Assembly: GCA_050250915.1 (NCBI GenBank)
Contig: JBFWNT010000018.1
Coordinates: 6,591-70,590, forward strand
Source of the DNA: Thermoleophilia bacterium
GTDB lineage: Bacteria > Actinomycetota > Thermoleophilia > Miltoncostaeales > Miltoncostaeaceae
Direction of reading: 5' to 3'
DNA length: 64,000 nt
In this document: one piece after another, positions 18,776 to 27,441 of the stretch
Layout of the letters: each line of letters starts with the position of its first letter
How positions within the stretch are numbered: the stretch's first letter is position 1
Translations under genes and position numbers: made by a program
The notes under the pieces: model-generated
Told to the model about the DNA's origin: nothing
The model's input: only the letters and a program-made list of their open reading frames with translations
Database searches by the model: none

Positions 18776-20615
18776 GCCAGGCGAGCTCCTCCTGCAGGCC
18801 GCGGTGCTCCTCGCCGCGGGCGGCCACGGCGTCGCGGTCGGCCAGCACGACGGGGTCGGCCAGCGCCGCCTCCACCTCGGCGATGCCGGCCTCCACGCGC
18901 GCGATCTCGCCCTCCAGGCGGCGCACCTCGCCCGTGCGCGGCGCCCGCCGGCGCTCCGACCGCGACGGCTTCTCCTTGCGCTCCCGCGGCGGCGCGGGCG
19001 CGCGTTTGCGCGGGGCCGCCGGAGCGGGCGCCTGGGCCTCGGACCGGACGCGCACCAGGTCGGCGTAGCCCCCGGCGCGCATCACCGCGGCGCCGTCCTC
19101 CAGCGCCAGGGTGTGGGTGGCGATCGTGTCGATCAGGGCGCGGTCGTGGGAGACCAGGACGACGGTGCCGTCGTACGCGTCGAGCGCCTCCTCCAGCGCC
19201 TCCCGGCTCTCGGTGTCCAGGTGGTTCGTCGGCTCGTCCAGCACCAGCAGGTTGCCGCCCTTCGCGATCAGCGACACCAGCGACAGCCGCCGTCGCTCAC
19301 CGCCCGACAGGCGCTCCACCCGCGCGTCCGCCGCCTCCCCGGAGAACAGGAAGCCCCCGAGCAGCGTGCGGGCCTGCGTCTGGGTCAGGTCGCTCCCCAC
19401 CAGCACCGTCTCCACGACGGTCCGGGAGTCGTCCAGGTCCTCGCCGTGCTGGGAGAAGTACGCCGGGCTCACCCGGTGGCCCACCGTCACCCGTCCTCGG
19501 GCGGGCGGGCGCTCCCCGATGAGGGTCTCCAGCAGCGTCGTCTTGCCGGCGCCGTTCGGGGCCACCACCGCCAGGCGCTGCCCGCGCTCCAGCGTGAAGC
19601 CGGCGTCGCTGATGAGCCGCCGGCCGGGGACCTCCACGTCCAGGCCGTCCACCTCGACGACCACCCGGCCGCTGCGCTCCGCCTTGGGGAAGCCGAACGC
19701 CATGTGCGACTGGCGCCGGGGCGCGTCGACCCGGACGATCCGGTCGAGCTGCTTCTGGCGCGACGCGGCCTGGCGGGCCTTCGTGCCGGCGCGCCAGCGC
19801 GTGACGAAGCGCTCCAGGCGGGCGATCTCCTTCGCCTGCAGCTCGGCCTCGGCGCCCTGGCGGTCGATCGCGAGGGCCCGCTCGCGGCGGTACGCCGAGT
19901 AGCCCATCGGCCAGTGCTTCGACCGGCCGCGGTCGAGCTCCAGGACGCCCGTCGCCACCGACTCCAGGAACCAGCGGTCGTGCGACACCAGCACCACGGC
20001 GGCGTTGAGCTCCAGGATCGCGCGCTCCAGCCACTCCACGGCGTCGATGTCGAGGTGGTTGGTGGGCTCGTCCAGCAGCAGCACGTCCGGCCGCGACACC
20101 AGCGACCGGGCCAGCGACGCGCGCGTGAGCTCGCCGCCGGAGAAGCCGCGCAGGGGCCGCGGGAGCTGGTCCTCGCCGATGCCGAGGCCGCGCAGCACCC
20201 GCTCCATCCACGCCCGCCACGCGTAGCCGCCGGCGCGCTCCAGCCGGGCCTGGGCCTCCTCGTAGGCGGCCATGACCTCGTCCCCGTGATCGCCACCGGC
20301 CATGCGCGCCTCCAGCGCCGCCAGGTCGGCCTCGGCGGCGCGGGCCGCGGCCATCCCCTCCCCCACGTACTGCTCGAGCGTCAGGTCCGAGCCGAGGGGC
20401 GGCCGCTGGTCGTGCAGCGCCACCGTCGCACCGCGCGGCATGCTGACCCGGCCGCCGTCGGGCTCCAGCTGTCCCGCGAGGATCCTGAGCAGCGTCGTCT
20501 TGCCCTCGCCGTTGCGCCCGACCACCGCGAGGCGGTCGCCGGGGTCCACGCGGAAGCTGACGTCGGACACCACGTCACGTGCCCCGAAGGCCTTGCGGAT
20601 CTGAATCGCTTGCAC
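18732..20615 (-). CDS. ABC-F family ATP-binding protein (Uup/YheS-like, C-terminal coiled coil)
   Basis: GRNGEGKTT/FSGGE/LDEPTNHLD and APNGAGKTT/LSGGE/LDEPTNHLD. Confidence 0.93.
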   Translation of the reverse strand: MQAIQIRKAFGARDVVSDVSFRVDPGDRLAVVGRNGEGKTTLLRILAGQLEPDGGRVSMPRGATVALHDQRPPLGSDLTLEQYVGEGMAAARAAEADLAALEARMAGGDHGDEVMAAYEEAQARLERAGGYAWRAWMERVLRGLGIGEDQLPRPLRGFSGGELTRASLARSLVSRPDVLLLDEPTNHLDIDAVEWLERAILELNAAVVLVSHDRWFLESVATGVLELDRGRSKHWPMGYSAYRRERALAIDRQGAEAELQAKEIARLERFVTRWRAGTKARQAASRQKQLDRIVRVDAPRRQSHMAFGFPKAERSGRVVVEVDGLDVEVPGRRLISDAGFTLERGQRLAVVAPNGAGKTTLLETLIGERPPARGRVTVGHRVSPAYFSQHGEDLDDSRTVVETVLVGSDLTQTQARTLLGGFLFSGEAADARVERLSGGERRRLSLVSLIAKGGNLLVLDEPTNHLDTESREALEEALDAYDGTVVLVSHDRALIDTIATHTLALEDGAAVMRAGGYADLVRVRSEAQAPAPAAPRKRAPAPPRERKEKPSRSERRRAPRTGEVRRLEGEIARVEAGIAEVEAALADPVVLADRDAVAARGEEHRGLQEELAWLMREWERAAEAAGV

Positions 20616-20635
20616 GGCCGACTAGGGTAGCGGGG

Positions 20636-21829
20636 TTGCCCGAGCTCACGACCATCCGGGACGCCGCAGGCGTGGAGGCCGTGGTGGCGGAGGCCCGCGC
20701 CGACGGCCGCGCCGCCATCGACCTCGAGTTCCTGTGGGAGCGGACCTACGCGCCCATCGCCTGCCTGGCGCAGATCGCCACCACCGAGGGCATCCACCTG
20801 GTGGACCCGATCGAGGGCGCGCCCCTGGGGCCGATCGCCGACCTGGTCGCCGACCCCGAGGTCGAGACGGTCATGCACGCCCCCTCCGCCGACCTGACGC
20901 TGCTGGGGCTCGCGTTCGGCACGCGGCCGCAGAACCTGCTCGACGTCCAGATCGTGGCGGGCTTCGTCGGGCTCGGCGCCGGCCAGGGCCTCGCGACGCT
21001 GCTGGAGCGGGTGCTGAGCGTCACCCTCGACAAGGGCGAGCGGTACACCGACTGGAGCCGCCGGCCGCTGTCGGACGCCCAGCTCGAGTACGGCGCCGCG
21101 GACGTCGCCCACCTGCTGCAGCTCGCCGACGAGCTCCAGGGCCGCGCCGAGGCGCTCGGCCGCGCCGAGTGGGTGGCCGAGGAGCACGCCCGCCGCTACG
21201 GACCCGACGCCCGCCTGATCCCCGACCCCGACTCGGCGTGGCGGCGCGTGAAGGGCGGCGGCCGCCTGAACGCCCGCGACCGCTCCGTGCTGCAGTCGCT
21301 GGCCGCGTGGCGCGAGCGTGAGGCGGCGCGGCGCGACAAGCCCTCGGCCTGGATCGTCCCCGACCGCACGCTGGTCGAGATCGCCCGCCGCCGGCCCAAG
21401 GACCGCCGCGCGCTGGAGAACGAGCGCGGCCTGCCCGACCGGATCCGGGGCGCCGACGCCGAGGGGATGCTGGCCGCCCTGCGCGCCGGCGAGGAGGCTC
21501 CGCCGCTGACCCTGCCGCCGCCGCCCTCGGCCGAGCTGCAGCACCGTCTGGACGTGCTCGCGCCGCTCGGCGCCGTGCTGGTGGCCGGGCGCGCCGCCGC
21601 CGTCGACCTGGCGCCGAGCCTGCTGGCCACCCGCGACGAGATCTCGGGCTTCCTGCTCGGGGCCCTGCGGGGCGACACCGACGGGGCCGCGCTGGGCAGC
21701 GGCTGGCGCCGCGAGCTGGCCGGGGAGGCGCTCATCGAGCTGGCGGAGGGCCGGCTGGCGCTCGGGGTGGATGCCACCCGTCCCTACCTGGCGGAGATCC
21801 GGCGGTCCGACCCGCCGGGGGCCGGGTAG
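20636..21829 (+). CDS. rnd: ribonuclease D (DEDDy exonuclease + HRDC)
   Basis: AIDLEF..ERTYAP.ACLAQI, DWSRRPLS..QLEYGAADV, HRDC AAWREREAARRDKP. Confidence 0.92.
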   Translation: MPELTTIRDAAGVEAVVAEARADGRAAIDLEFLWERTYAPIACLAQIATTEGIHLVDPIEGAPLGPIADLVADPEVETVMHAPSADLTLLGLAFGTRPQNLLDVQIVAGFVGLGAGQGLATLLERVLSVTLDKGERYTDWSRRPLSDAQLEYGAADVAHLLQLADELQGRAEALGRAEWVAEEHARRYGPDARLIPDPDSAWRRVKGGGRLNARDRSVLQSLAAWREREAARRDKPSAWIVPDRTLVEIARRRPKDRRALENERGLPDRIRGADAEGMLAALRAGEEAPPLTLPPPPSAELQHRLDVLAPLGAVLVAGRAAAVDLAPSLLATRDEISGFLLGALRGDTDGAALGSGWRRELAGEALIELAEGRLALGVDATRPYLAEIRRSDPPGAG

Positions 21830-21839
21830 GCTACGGGCG

Positions 21840-22289
21840 ATGGCCGCCGAGCCCACATTCGCCCACGTCGCCTGCTGCATCGACGACAGCGACGCCGCGG
21901 CCCGCGCGCTGGCGCACGCCGACGCGCTGCGCACGCTCGCGGGCGGCAGGCTGACCGTGCTGCACGTGCTGCCGTCGCCGGCGTTCCTGATGTCGCTCGC
22001 CACCAGCCTGGGCGGCGCACCCGTCCACGACGTCGACCTGGAGCGGGAGGCGGCCGAGATGTGGCTGGAGGAGCAGATCCACGGCCGCGAGAACGCCGAG
22101 GTCGTGCTCCTGGAGGGTCACCCGGCCGAGGCCGCGGTGGACTGGGCCCGCGAGAACGGCTGCGACGTGATGGTGGCCGCGCACCACAGCGGCCGGGTCG
22201 AGCGGGTGCTGCTCGGCAGCTTCGCCAAGCACCTCGTGGATCACGCACCCTGCCCCGTGCTCCTCATCCCGCCTCCGGAGGCGGGCTGA
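21840..22289 (+). CDS. universal stress protein (UspA family)
   Basis: HVACCIDDS.., GHPAEA, LLGSFAKHLVDHAPCPVL. Confidence 0.9.
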   Translation: MAAEPTFAHVACCIDDSDAAARALAHADALRTLAGGRLTVLHVLPSPAFLMSLATSLGGAPVHDVDLEREAAEMWLEEQIHGRENAEVVLLEGHPAEAAVDWARENGCDVMVAAHHSGRVERVLLGSFAKHLVDHAPCPVLLIPPPEAG

Positions 22290-22368
22290 ACCAGGCCCGG
22301 CCGAGCGTGCCGGGGCGGCGGGCGGGTCGAGGTGCCGCACCGCCCCGACGGGTCGAGCGGAGGACGCG

Positions 22369-22521
22369 CTATGCGGCGAGCGCCGTGACGCCCTCCTGGC
22401 TATCCGCTGCCCCGTGCACATGCAGGCAGCCCGGGACCTGGCACGTCGCGGGCGCGGGGTCGAGGCGTGAAAGCAGGGCGTCGATCGCGACGAGCTCGGC
22501 GAGGTTGGTCATGGACTCCAC
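22369..22521 (-). CDS. small (~50 aa) hypothetical protein with C-x4-C-x-H-x-H motif
   Basis: Strong AGGAGG RBS 5 nt before GTG 22521; MESMTNLAELVAIDALLSRLDPAPATCQVPGCLHVHG.. Confidence 0.6.
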   Translation of the reverse strand: MESMTNLAELVAIDALLSRLDPAPATCQVPGCLHVHGAADSQEGVTALAA

Positions 22522-22594
22522 GGTGACCTCCTGTGGTCTGGTCGATGTGGCGCCCATCCAATCCGCCCCTCGTTTCACGAGGGTTGTCCCGTCG

Positions 22595-23302
22595 TTAGGG
22601 CTCGGTGAAGCCGCCCTCGTCGACCAGTGGGGCCAGGTCGGCCATCGCCGTGACCAGTGCGACGCGGGCCACCGAGGGGGCGCCCGCCGCGAGCGGCAGC
22701 ACCTGCCACACGGTGCGGCGCAGGTAGGCACCCGCCCAGCGCCGGTAGCGGTCGCCGGTGCGCATCACCAGCGCCTGGATGCTGCGCAGGTTGTCGACCC
22801 GGTCGGCCAGCTTCAGGAGCTGCGCCTCGAACGGCGCGCCCGCCTGGAGCCGCGCGTAGTACTCGCGCTGGGCCTCGGCGTCCTCCGGGGCGGTGAGCCA
22901 GTCGACCAGGTCGGCCACCTCCGGGCCGAACCCGGTGCGGATCTCGCCCACCGTCGTCTCGGTGTCCTCGACCGTGTCGTGGAGCAGCGCCGCCTGGAGC
23001 AGCACCGGGGAGGTCTCGCCCCAGCGGGCCAGCTCCATCGCGACGCGGACCAGGTGGACCCAGTAGGGGGTGTCGCTGCCGCGGCGGAACTGGCTGCCGT
23101 GGCGGGCGCGGGCGAACGCGAGGGCGCGGGCCAGGGCCTGCCGCTCGGCCGGGTCGGGCAGGCCGGCCACGAAGTCGGTCCAGACGCGCTCGACCGTGAC
23201 GGGCGCGTCGAAGGTGCCGGGCCAGGCGCGCCCCTGCGGGCTGGACGGGCCCCCTCCCCCGACGTCACTCACCGCCGGCGGTCGAAGGGGCGTCGAGCTC
23301 AT
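22595..23302 (-). CDS. HD-domain hydrolase of the RelA/SpoT HD (Mesh1/SAH-like) type
   Basis: ARHGSQFRRGSDTPYWVHLVRV, AALLHDTVEDT, LKLADRVDNLR; start uncertain (23302 or 23272). Confidence 0.85.
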   Translation of the reverse strand: MSSTPLRPPAVSDVGGGGPSSPQGRAWPGTFDAPVTVERVWTDFVAGLPDPAERQALARALAFARARHGSQFRRGSDTPYWVHLVRVAMELARWGETSPVLLQAALLHDTVEDTETTVGEIRTGFGPEVADLVDWLTAPEDAEAQREYYARLQAGAPFEAQLLKLADRVDNLRSIQALVMRTGDRYRRWAGAYLRRTVWQVLPLAAGAPSVARVALVTAMADLAPLVDEGGFTEP

Positions 23303-24875
23303 GACCTCTAGGTTATCTCCGACGGGCCCGGGGACCGAACGGCGGCGGGACGCCGAGCGGCGGCTGGCGGTGGTCGACATGGGGTCGAACACCTTCCGGC
23401 TCGTCGTGTTCCGCTACCGGCCGGGCGGGGGCTTCCACCTGGTGGACGAGATCCGGCACGCGGTGCGGCTGTCGGAGGGCGCCGACGAGGCGGGCCTGCG
23501 ACGCGACGCGCTGGAGCGCGCCGAGCACACCGCCCGCCTGTACGCGGCGTTCTGCGAGGCGTCGGAGGTGGACGAGGTGGTGGTGGCCGCCACCAGCGCC
23601 GCCCGCGACGCGGCCAACGGCGATGTGGCGATGCGCGCGCTGTCGGCCGACGGCGCGCTGGAGGTGCGCGTGCTGTCCGCCGAGGAGGAGGCCTGGTACG
23701 GCTACCTCGGGGCGGTGAACTCCACCACCCTCGGCGACGGCCACGTCCTGGACCTCGGCGGCGGGTCGGTGCAGGTGACCCAGGTGCGCGGCCGCGCCCT
23801 CCAGCAGGCCATCTCGCGCCCCCTCGGCGCCGTGCGCATGACCGAGCGCTACCTGCCGGGCGAGCGTGCGTCGCGCTCCGACCTGAAGCCGCTGCGCCGC
23901 AAGGTCCAGAAGGAGATGGCCGGCGTGCCGTGGCTGTCGGGTGCCGGGGGCCGGATGGTGGGCGTCGGGGGCACCATCCGGACGCTCGCGCGGATGCACC
24001 AGCACCTGACCGGGTACGCCCTGGACGAGCTCCACGGGTACGTCCTCCCGCGCGCCGGGCTGGAGCGGCTGATCGAGGCGATGCTGGAGCTGCCGGCGTC
24101 CGAGCGCAGCCGCCTGCCGGGGTTGAAGCCGGACCGCGCCGACATCACGCTGGCGGGCGCCGTCGTCATCTCCACGGTGATGGAGGCGGTCGGCGTCGAA
24201 CGGGTCGAGATCTGCGCGCAGGGGCTGCGGGAGGGGATCTTCTACGAGCGCTGGCTGGCGCCCGCCGACCCGCCGCTGATCCCCGACGTCCGCCGCAACA
24301 GCGTGCTGAACCTGGTGGAGGAGTACCGCGCGGACGTGCCCCACGCCGAGCAGGTCTGCCGCCTGGCGCACCTCGTCTACGCGGGGCTGGTGGAGCTGGG
24401 CCTCCAGCGCGACGACCCCCGTGAGCGCGAGTTGCTCTGGGCCGCCGGGATGCTCCATGACGTGGGGGTGCTGGTCGACTACAACGACCACCACAAGCAC
24501 GGCTTCTACCTGATCCTGAACGCCGGGCTGCCGGGCTTCGACCACGCCGAGCTGGCGCTGGTGGCGCTGCTCGCGCGGGCCCACCGCAAGGCGCTCCCGT
24601 CCACCGCGCCGCTGGAGGGCGTGCTGGCCGACGGCGACGCCGAGCGCCTGGACCGGCTCGCGTGCTGCCTGCGCATCGCCGAGCAGCTCGAGCGCGGCCG
24701 CGCGGGCGGCATCCGCGACGTGCGGGTGGGGCTCGACGACGAGACGATCCTGATCGAGGTGACCGCCGAGGGCGACCCGGCCATCCCGATCTGGTCCGCG
24801 GGGCTCGAGGCGCCGGCCGTGGAGCGGGCGTTCGGCCGGGCGCTGGCGGTGGTCGAGGCCGAGCCGGAGGGCTAG
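23301..24875 (+). CDS. ppx: Ppx/GppA exopolyphosphatase with C-terminal HD domain
   Basis: VVDMGSNTFRL, ATSAARDAAN, EEAWYG, DLGGGSVQ, QGLREG, AGMLHDVG. Confidence 0.92.
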   Translation: MTSRLSPTGPGTERRRDAERRLAVVDMGSNTFRLVVFRYRPGGGFHLVDEIRHAVRLSEGADEAGLRRDALERAEHTARLYAAFCEASEVDEVVVAATSAARDAANGDVAMRALSADGALEVRVLSAEEEAWYGYLGAVNSTTLGDGHVLDLGGGSVQVTQVRGRALQQAISRPLGAVRMTERYLPGERASRSDLKPLRRKVQKEMAGVPWLSGAGGRMVGVGGTIRTLARMHQHLTGYALDELHGYVLPRAGLERLIEAMLELPASERSRLPGLKPDRADITLAGAVVISTVMEAVGVERVEICAQGLREGIFYERWLAPADPPLIPDVRRNSVLNLVEEYRADVPHAEQVCRLAHLVYAGLVELGLQRDDPRERELLWAAGMLHDVGVLVDYNDHHKHGFYLILNAGLPGFDHAELALVALLARAHRKALPSTAPLEGVLADGDAERLDRLACCLRIAEQLERGRAGGIRDVRVGLDDETILIEVTAEGDPAIPIWSAGLEAPAVERAFGRALAVVEAEPEG

Positions 24876-25228
24876 CCCCCGGCGGCCTTGACCCGGTAGC
24901 GCCCGTCCAGGTGGGCGATCACCTTCGCGCGGTGGTCGCCCTGGATCTCGACCACCCCGTCCTTCACTGAGCCGCCGGAGCCGCACAGGCGCTTCAGCTC
25001 TCCCGCCAGCGCCGTCAGGTCCGCGGACGGCACGCCCGTGACGAGGGTCACCGTCTTTCCCCGCCGGCCCGAGCTGGTGCGGCTCACGCGCACCACCCCG
25101 TCGCGCGGCAGCGCCCCTCCCGGGGGCGGTCCCGGGCGCCCGCGGCCCTTGGGCTCGCGCGCCTCGGGGACCCGGCCGCCGTCGGTGGAGTAGACCCTCC
25201 GGCTATTGTCGTCGTTTATCCCAGGCAT
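24872..25228 (-). CDS. yciH: translation initiation factor SUI1 / YciH
   Basis: GRRGKTVT..LKRLCGSGGSVKDGVVEIQGDHR. Confidence 0.92.
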   Translation of the reverse strand: MPGINDDNSRRVYSTDGGRVPEAREPKGRGRPGPPPGGALPRDGVVRVSRTSSGRRGKTVTLVTGVPSADLTALAGELKRLCGSGGSVKDGVVEIQGDHRAKVIAHLDGRYRVKAAGG

Positions 25229-25258
25229 TCAGGTTTATTGATTGGTAGCCTGCTTCCG

Positions 25259-25975
25259 GTGAACACCCTGCCCCTCTCCCGCGCCGACGTCGAGCAACTC
25301 GCCGACGAGTTCGAGACGCGGTCCTCGCAGGACCTCCTCGCGTGGGCCGTCGACCGGTTCGAGGGCCGTATCATGCTCACCTGCTCGTGGCAGATGCAGT
25401 CCTCCGTGCTCATCGACATGTTGCACCAGCTCGGCGCGAACATCCGGGTGGTGGAGCTCGACACGGGCCTCCTCTTCCCCGAGACGTACGAGACGCGCGA
25501 GCGCCTGGTCGCCAAGTACGACCTGGACCTGGAGCGGATCGACCCGCGCGAGACGGTGGAGGAGCAGGCCGAGAGCGAGGGTCCGGACCTGTGGCGACGC
25601 GACCCCGACCGCTGCTGCGCCCTGCGCAAGGTGGAGCCGTTGGAGCGGTCCCTCGTGGGCATGGACGCGTGGATCACCGGCATCCGCCGCGCCCAGAGCG
25701 TCACCCGGCGCGACGCGAAGGTCCTGGAGCTCGACCCCCGCGGGGTGGTGAAGGTGCAGCCGCTGGCCGGCTGGACCGACGAGGACGTGAAGGGCTACCT
25801 GTTCGCGCACGACGTGCCGTACAACCCGCTGCACGACCGCGGGTTCCCGAGCATCGGGTGCACGCCGTGCACCCGGGCGATCCGCCCGGGTGAGGACTCC
25901 CGCGCGGGCCGCTGGGCCGACGCGGAGAAGACCGAGTGCGGACTCCATCTCCCCGCCCAGGGCGGGCCGAACTGA
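25259..25975 (+). CDS. cysH: APS/PAPS reductase (4Fe-4S CC..CxxC type)
   Basis: [35 protein letters not shown]. Confidence 0.93.
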   Translation: MNTLPLSRADVEQLADEFETRSSQDLLAWAVDRFEGRIMLTCSWQMQSSVLIDMLHQLGANIRVVELDTGLLFPETYETRERLVAKYDLDLERIDPRETVEEQAESEGPDLWRRDPDRCCALRKVEPLERSLVGMDAWITGIRRAQSVTRRDAKVLELDPRGVVKVQPLAGWTDEDVKGYLFAHDVPYNPLHDRGFPSIGCTPCTRAIRPGEDSRAGRWADAEKTECGLHLPAQGGPN

Positions 25976-26015
25976 CATCGACCGGGGCACCGCCCCGAGG
26001 GAGGGCGGTACCAGC

Positions 26016-26573
26016 GTGAGCGATCGTTCCGGCTACACCATCTGGTTCACGGGCCTGTCCGGCACCGGGAAGAGCACCATCGCCGAGATCGTCGGCCCCG
26101 AGCTCGAGAAGCGCGGCGCGCTCGTCGAGTACCTCGACGGCGACGTCGTACGCACCCACCTGTCCAAGGGGCTCGGGTTCTCGAAGGAGGACCGCGACAC
26201 CAACATCGAGCGCATCGGGTGGGTCGCGAGCCGCTTCACGCGGGCGGGCGTCGTCACCCTCGTCTCGGCGATCTCCCCGTACGCGGAGACCCGCGCGACC
26301 GCGCGCGTGCTCGTGGAGGAGCACGGGCCGTTCGTCGAGGTCTTCGTCGACACGTCCGTCGAGGAGTGCGCGAAGCGCGACGTGAAGGGCCTCTACGCCA
26401 AGGCGTTCTCCGGCGAGATCAAGGAGTTCACCGGCGTGAGCGACCCGTACGAGGCGCCGGAGAACCCGGACGTCCACATCCAGACCGAGGGCCAGACGCC
26501 CGAGGAGAGCGCGGCGCAGGTGCTCGCCGAGCTCGAGGCGCGCGGCCTTCTCGGCGCGGCCGTCGTCGCCTAG
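26016..26573 (+). CDS. cysC: adenylyl-sulfate kinase
   Basis: [46 protein letters not shown]. Confidence 0.95.
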   Translation: MSDRSGYTIWFTGLSGTGKSTIAEIVGPELEKRGALVEYLDGDVVRTHLSKGLGFSKEDRDTNIERIGWVASRFTRAGVVTLVSAISPYAETRATARVLVEEHGPFVEVFVDTSVEECAKRDVKGLYAKAFSGEIKEFTGVSDPYEAPENPDVHIQTEGQTPEESAAQVLAELEARGLLGAAVVA

Positions 26574-26580
26574 CCCGGGC

Positions 26581-27441
26581 AGGCCCAAGGCCGACCTCCA
26601 CGCCCACACCGTCGCCTCCGACGGCTCCCTGGCGCCCGCGGCGCTGGTGGAGCTCGCGGCGGCGGCGGGGGTGGGCGTCCTGGCGGTCACCGACCACGAC
26701 ACCCTCGCCGGCGTCCCCGACGCGCTGGAGGCGGGCGCCGCCCTCGGCGTGCGGGTGATCCCCGGGGTGGAGGTGTCGGTGCGCGCCCCGTCGGGATCGA
26801 TGCACCTGCTGGCCTACCTGCCGGACGCGGGGGCCGAGCCCATCGCCTCACGGCTGGCGGCCCTGCGCGAGGCCCGCGCGGCACGCGCGTCGCGGATCGT
26901 GGGGCGCCTCGTCGCGATCGGCGCCCCCGTGTCGCTCGCCGACGTCGCGGCACGCGCCGGCGGCCCCATCGGGCGGCCGCACATCGCCGACGCGCTGGTG
27001 GCGGCGGGGCACGCCCGCGACCGCCAGGACGCGTTCGACCGCTACCTGGCCGACGGCGCCCCCGCGTACGTGCCCCACGAGGGCATCGAGCCGCGCGACG
27101 CGGTGCGCCTGGTCGCCGACTCGGGCGGCGCCCCCGTGCTGGCCCACCCGGCGTCGCTGCGCATGACCGACCGCGACCTGGGCGACTTCGTGCGGCGCCT
27201 GCGCGGCTGGGGCCTGGCGGGCATCGAGGTGCACCGCCCCGATCACCTGCCGGAGCGCCGGCGCAACCTGGCCGAGCTGGCGGCGCGGCTGGGGCTGGTG
27301 CCGTGCGGCGGCTCCGACTTCCACCGCCCCGGGGAGGGGTTGCGACCGGGTGACACCGGCGACCCGCCGTTGCCGCCCGGGACCATCGATCGCTTGCTGC
27401 CCGTCGGCGGCGGAGGGCCATCCGCTAGCGTGACCGCATGA
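26581..27441 (+). CDS. PHP-domain phosphoesterase (TrpH/YciV-like); start codon unclear
   Basis: DLHAHT..SDG in frame from 26581, TDHDT, HLLAY, GRPHIA, LAHP, GGSDFH. No canonical start codon just upstream of the first motif. Confidence 0.85.
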   Translation, partial: RPKADLHAHTVASDGSLAPAALVELAAAAGVGVLAVTDHDTLAGVPDALEAGAALGVRVIPGVEVSVRAPSGSMHLLAYLPDAGAEPIASRLAALREARAARASRIVGRLVAIGAPVSLADVAARAGGPIGRPHIADALVAAGHARDRQDAFDRYLADGAPAYVPHEGIEPRDAVRLVADSGGAPVLAHPASLRMTDRDLGDFVRRLRGWGLAGIEVHRPDHLPERRRNLAELAARLGLVPCGGSDFHRPGEGLRPGDTGDPPLPPGTIDRLLPVGGGGPSASVTA

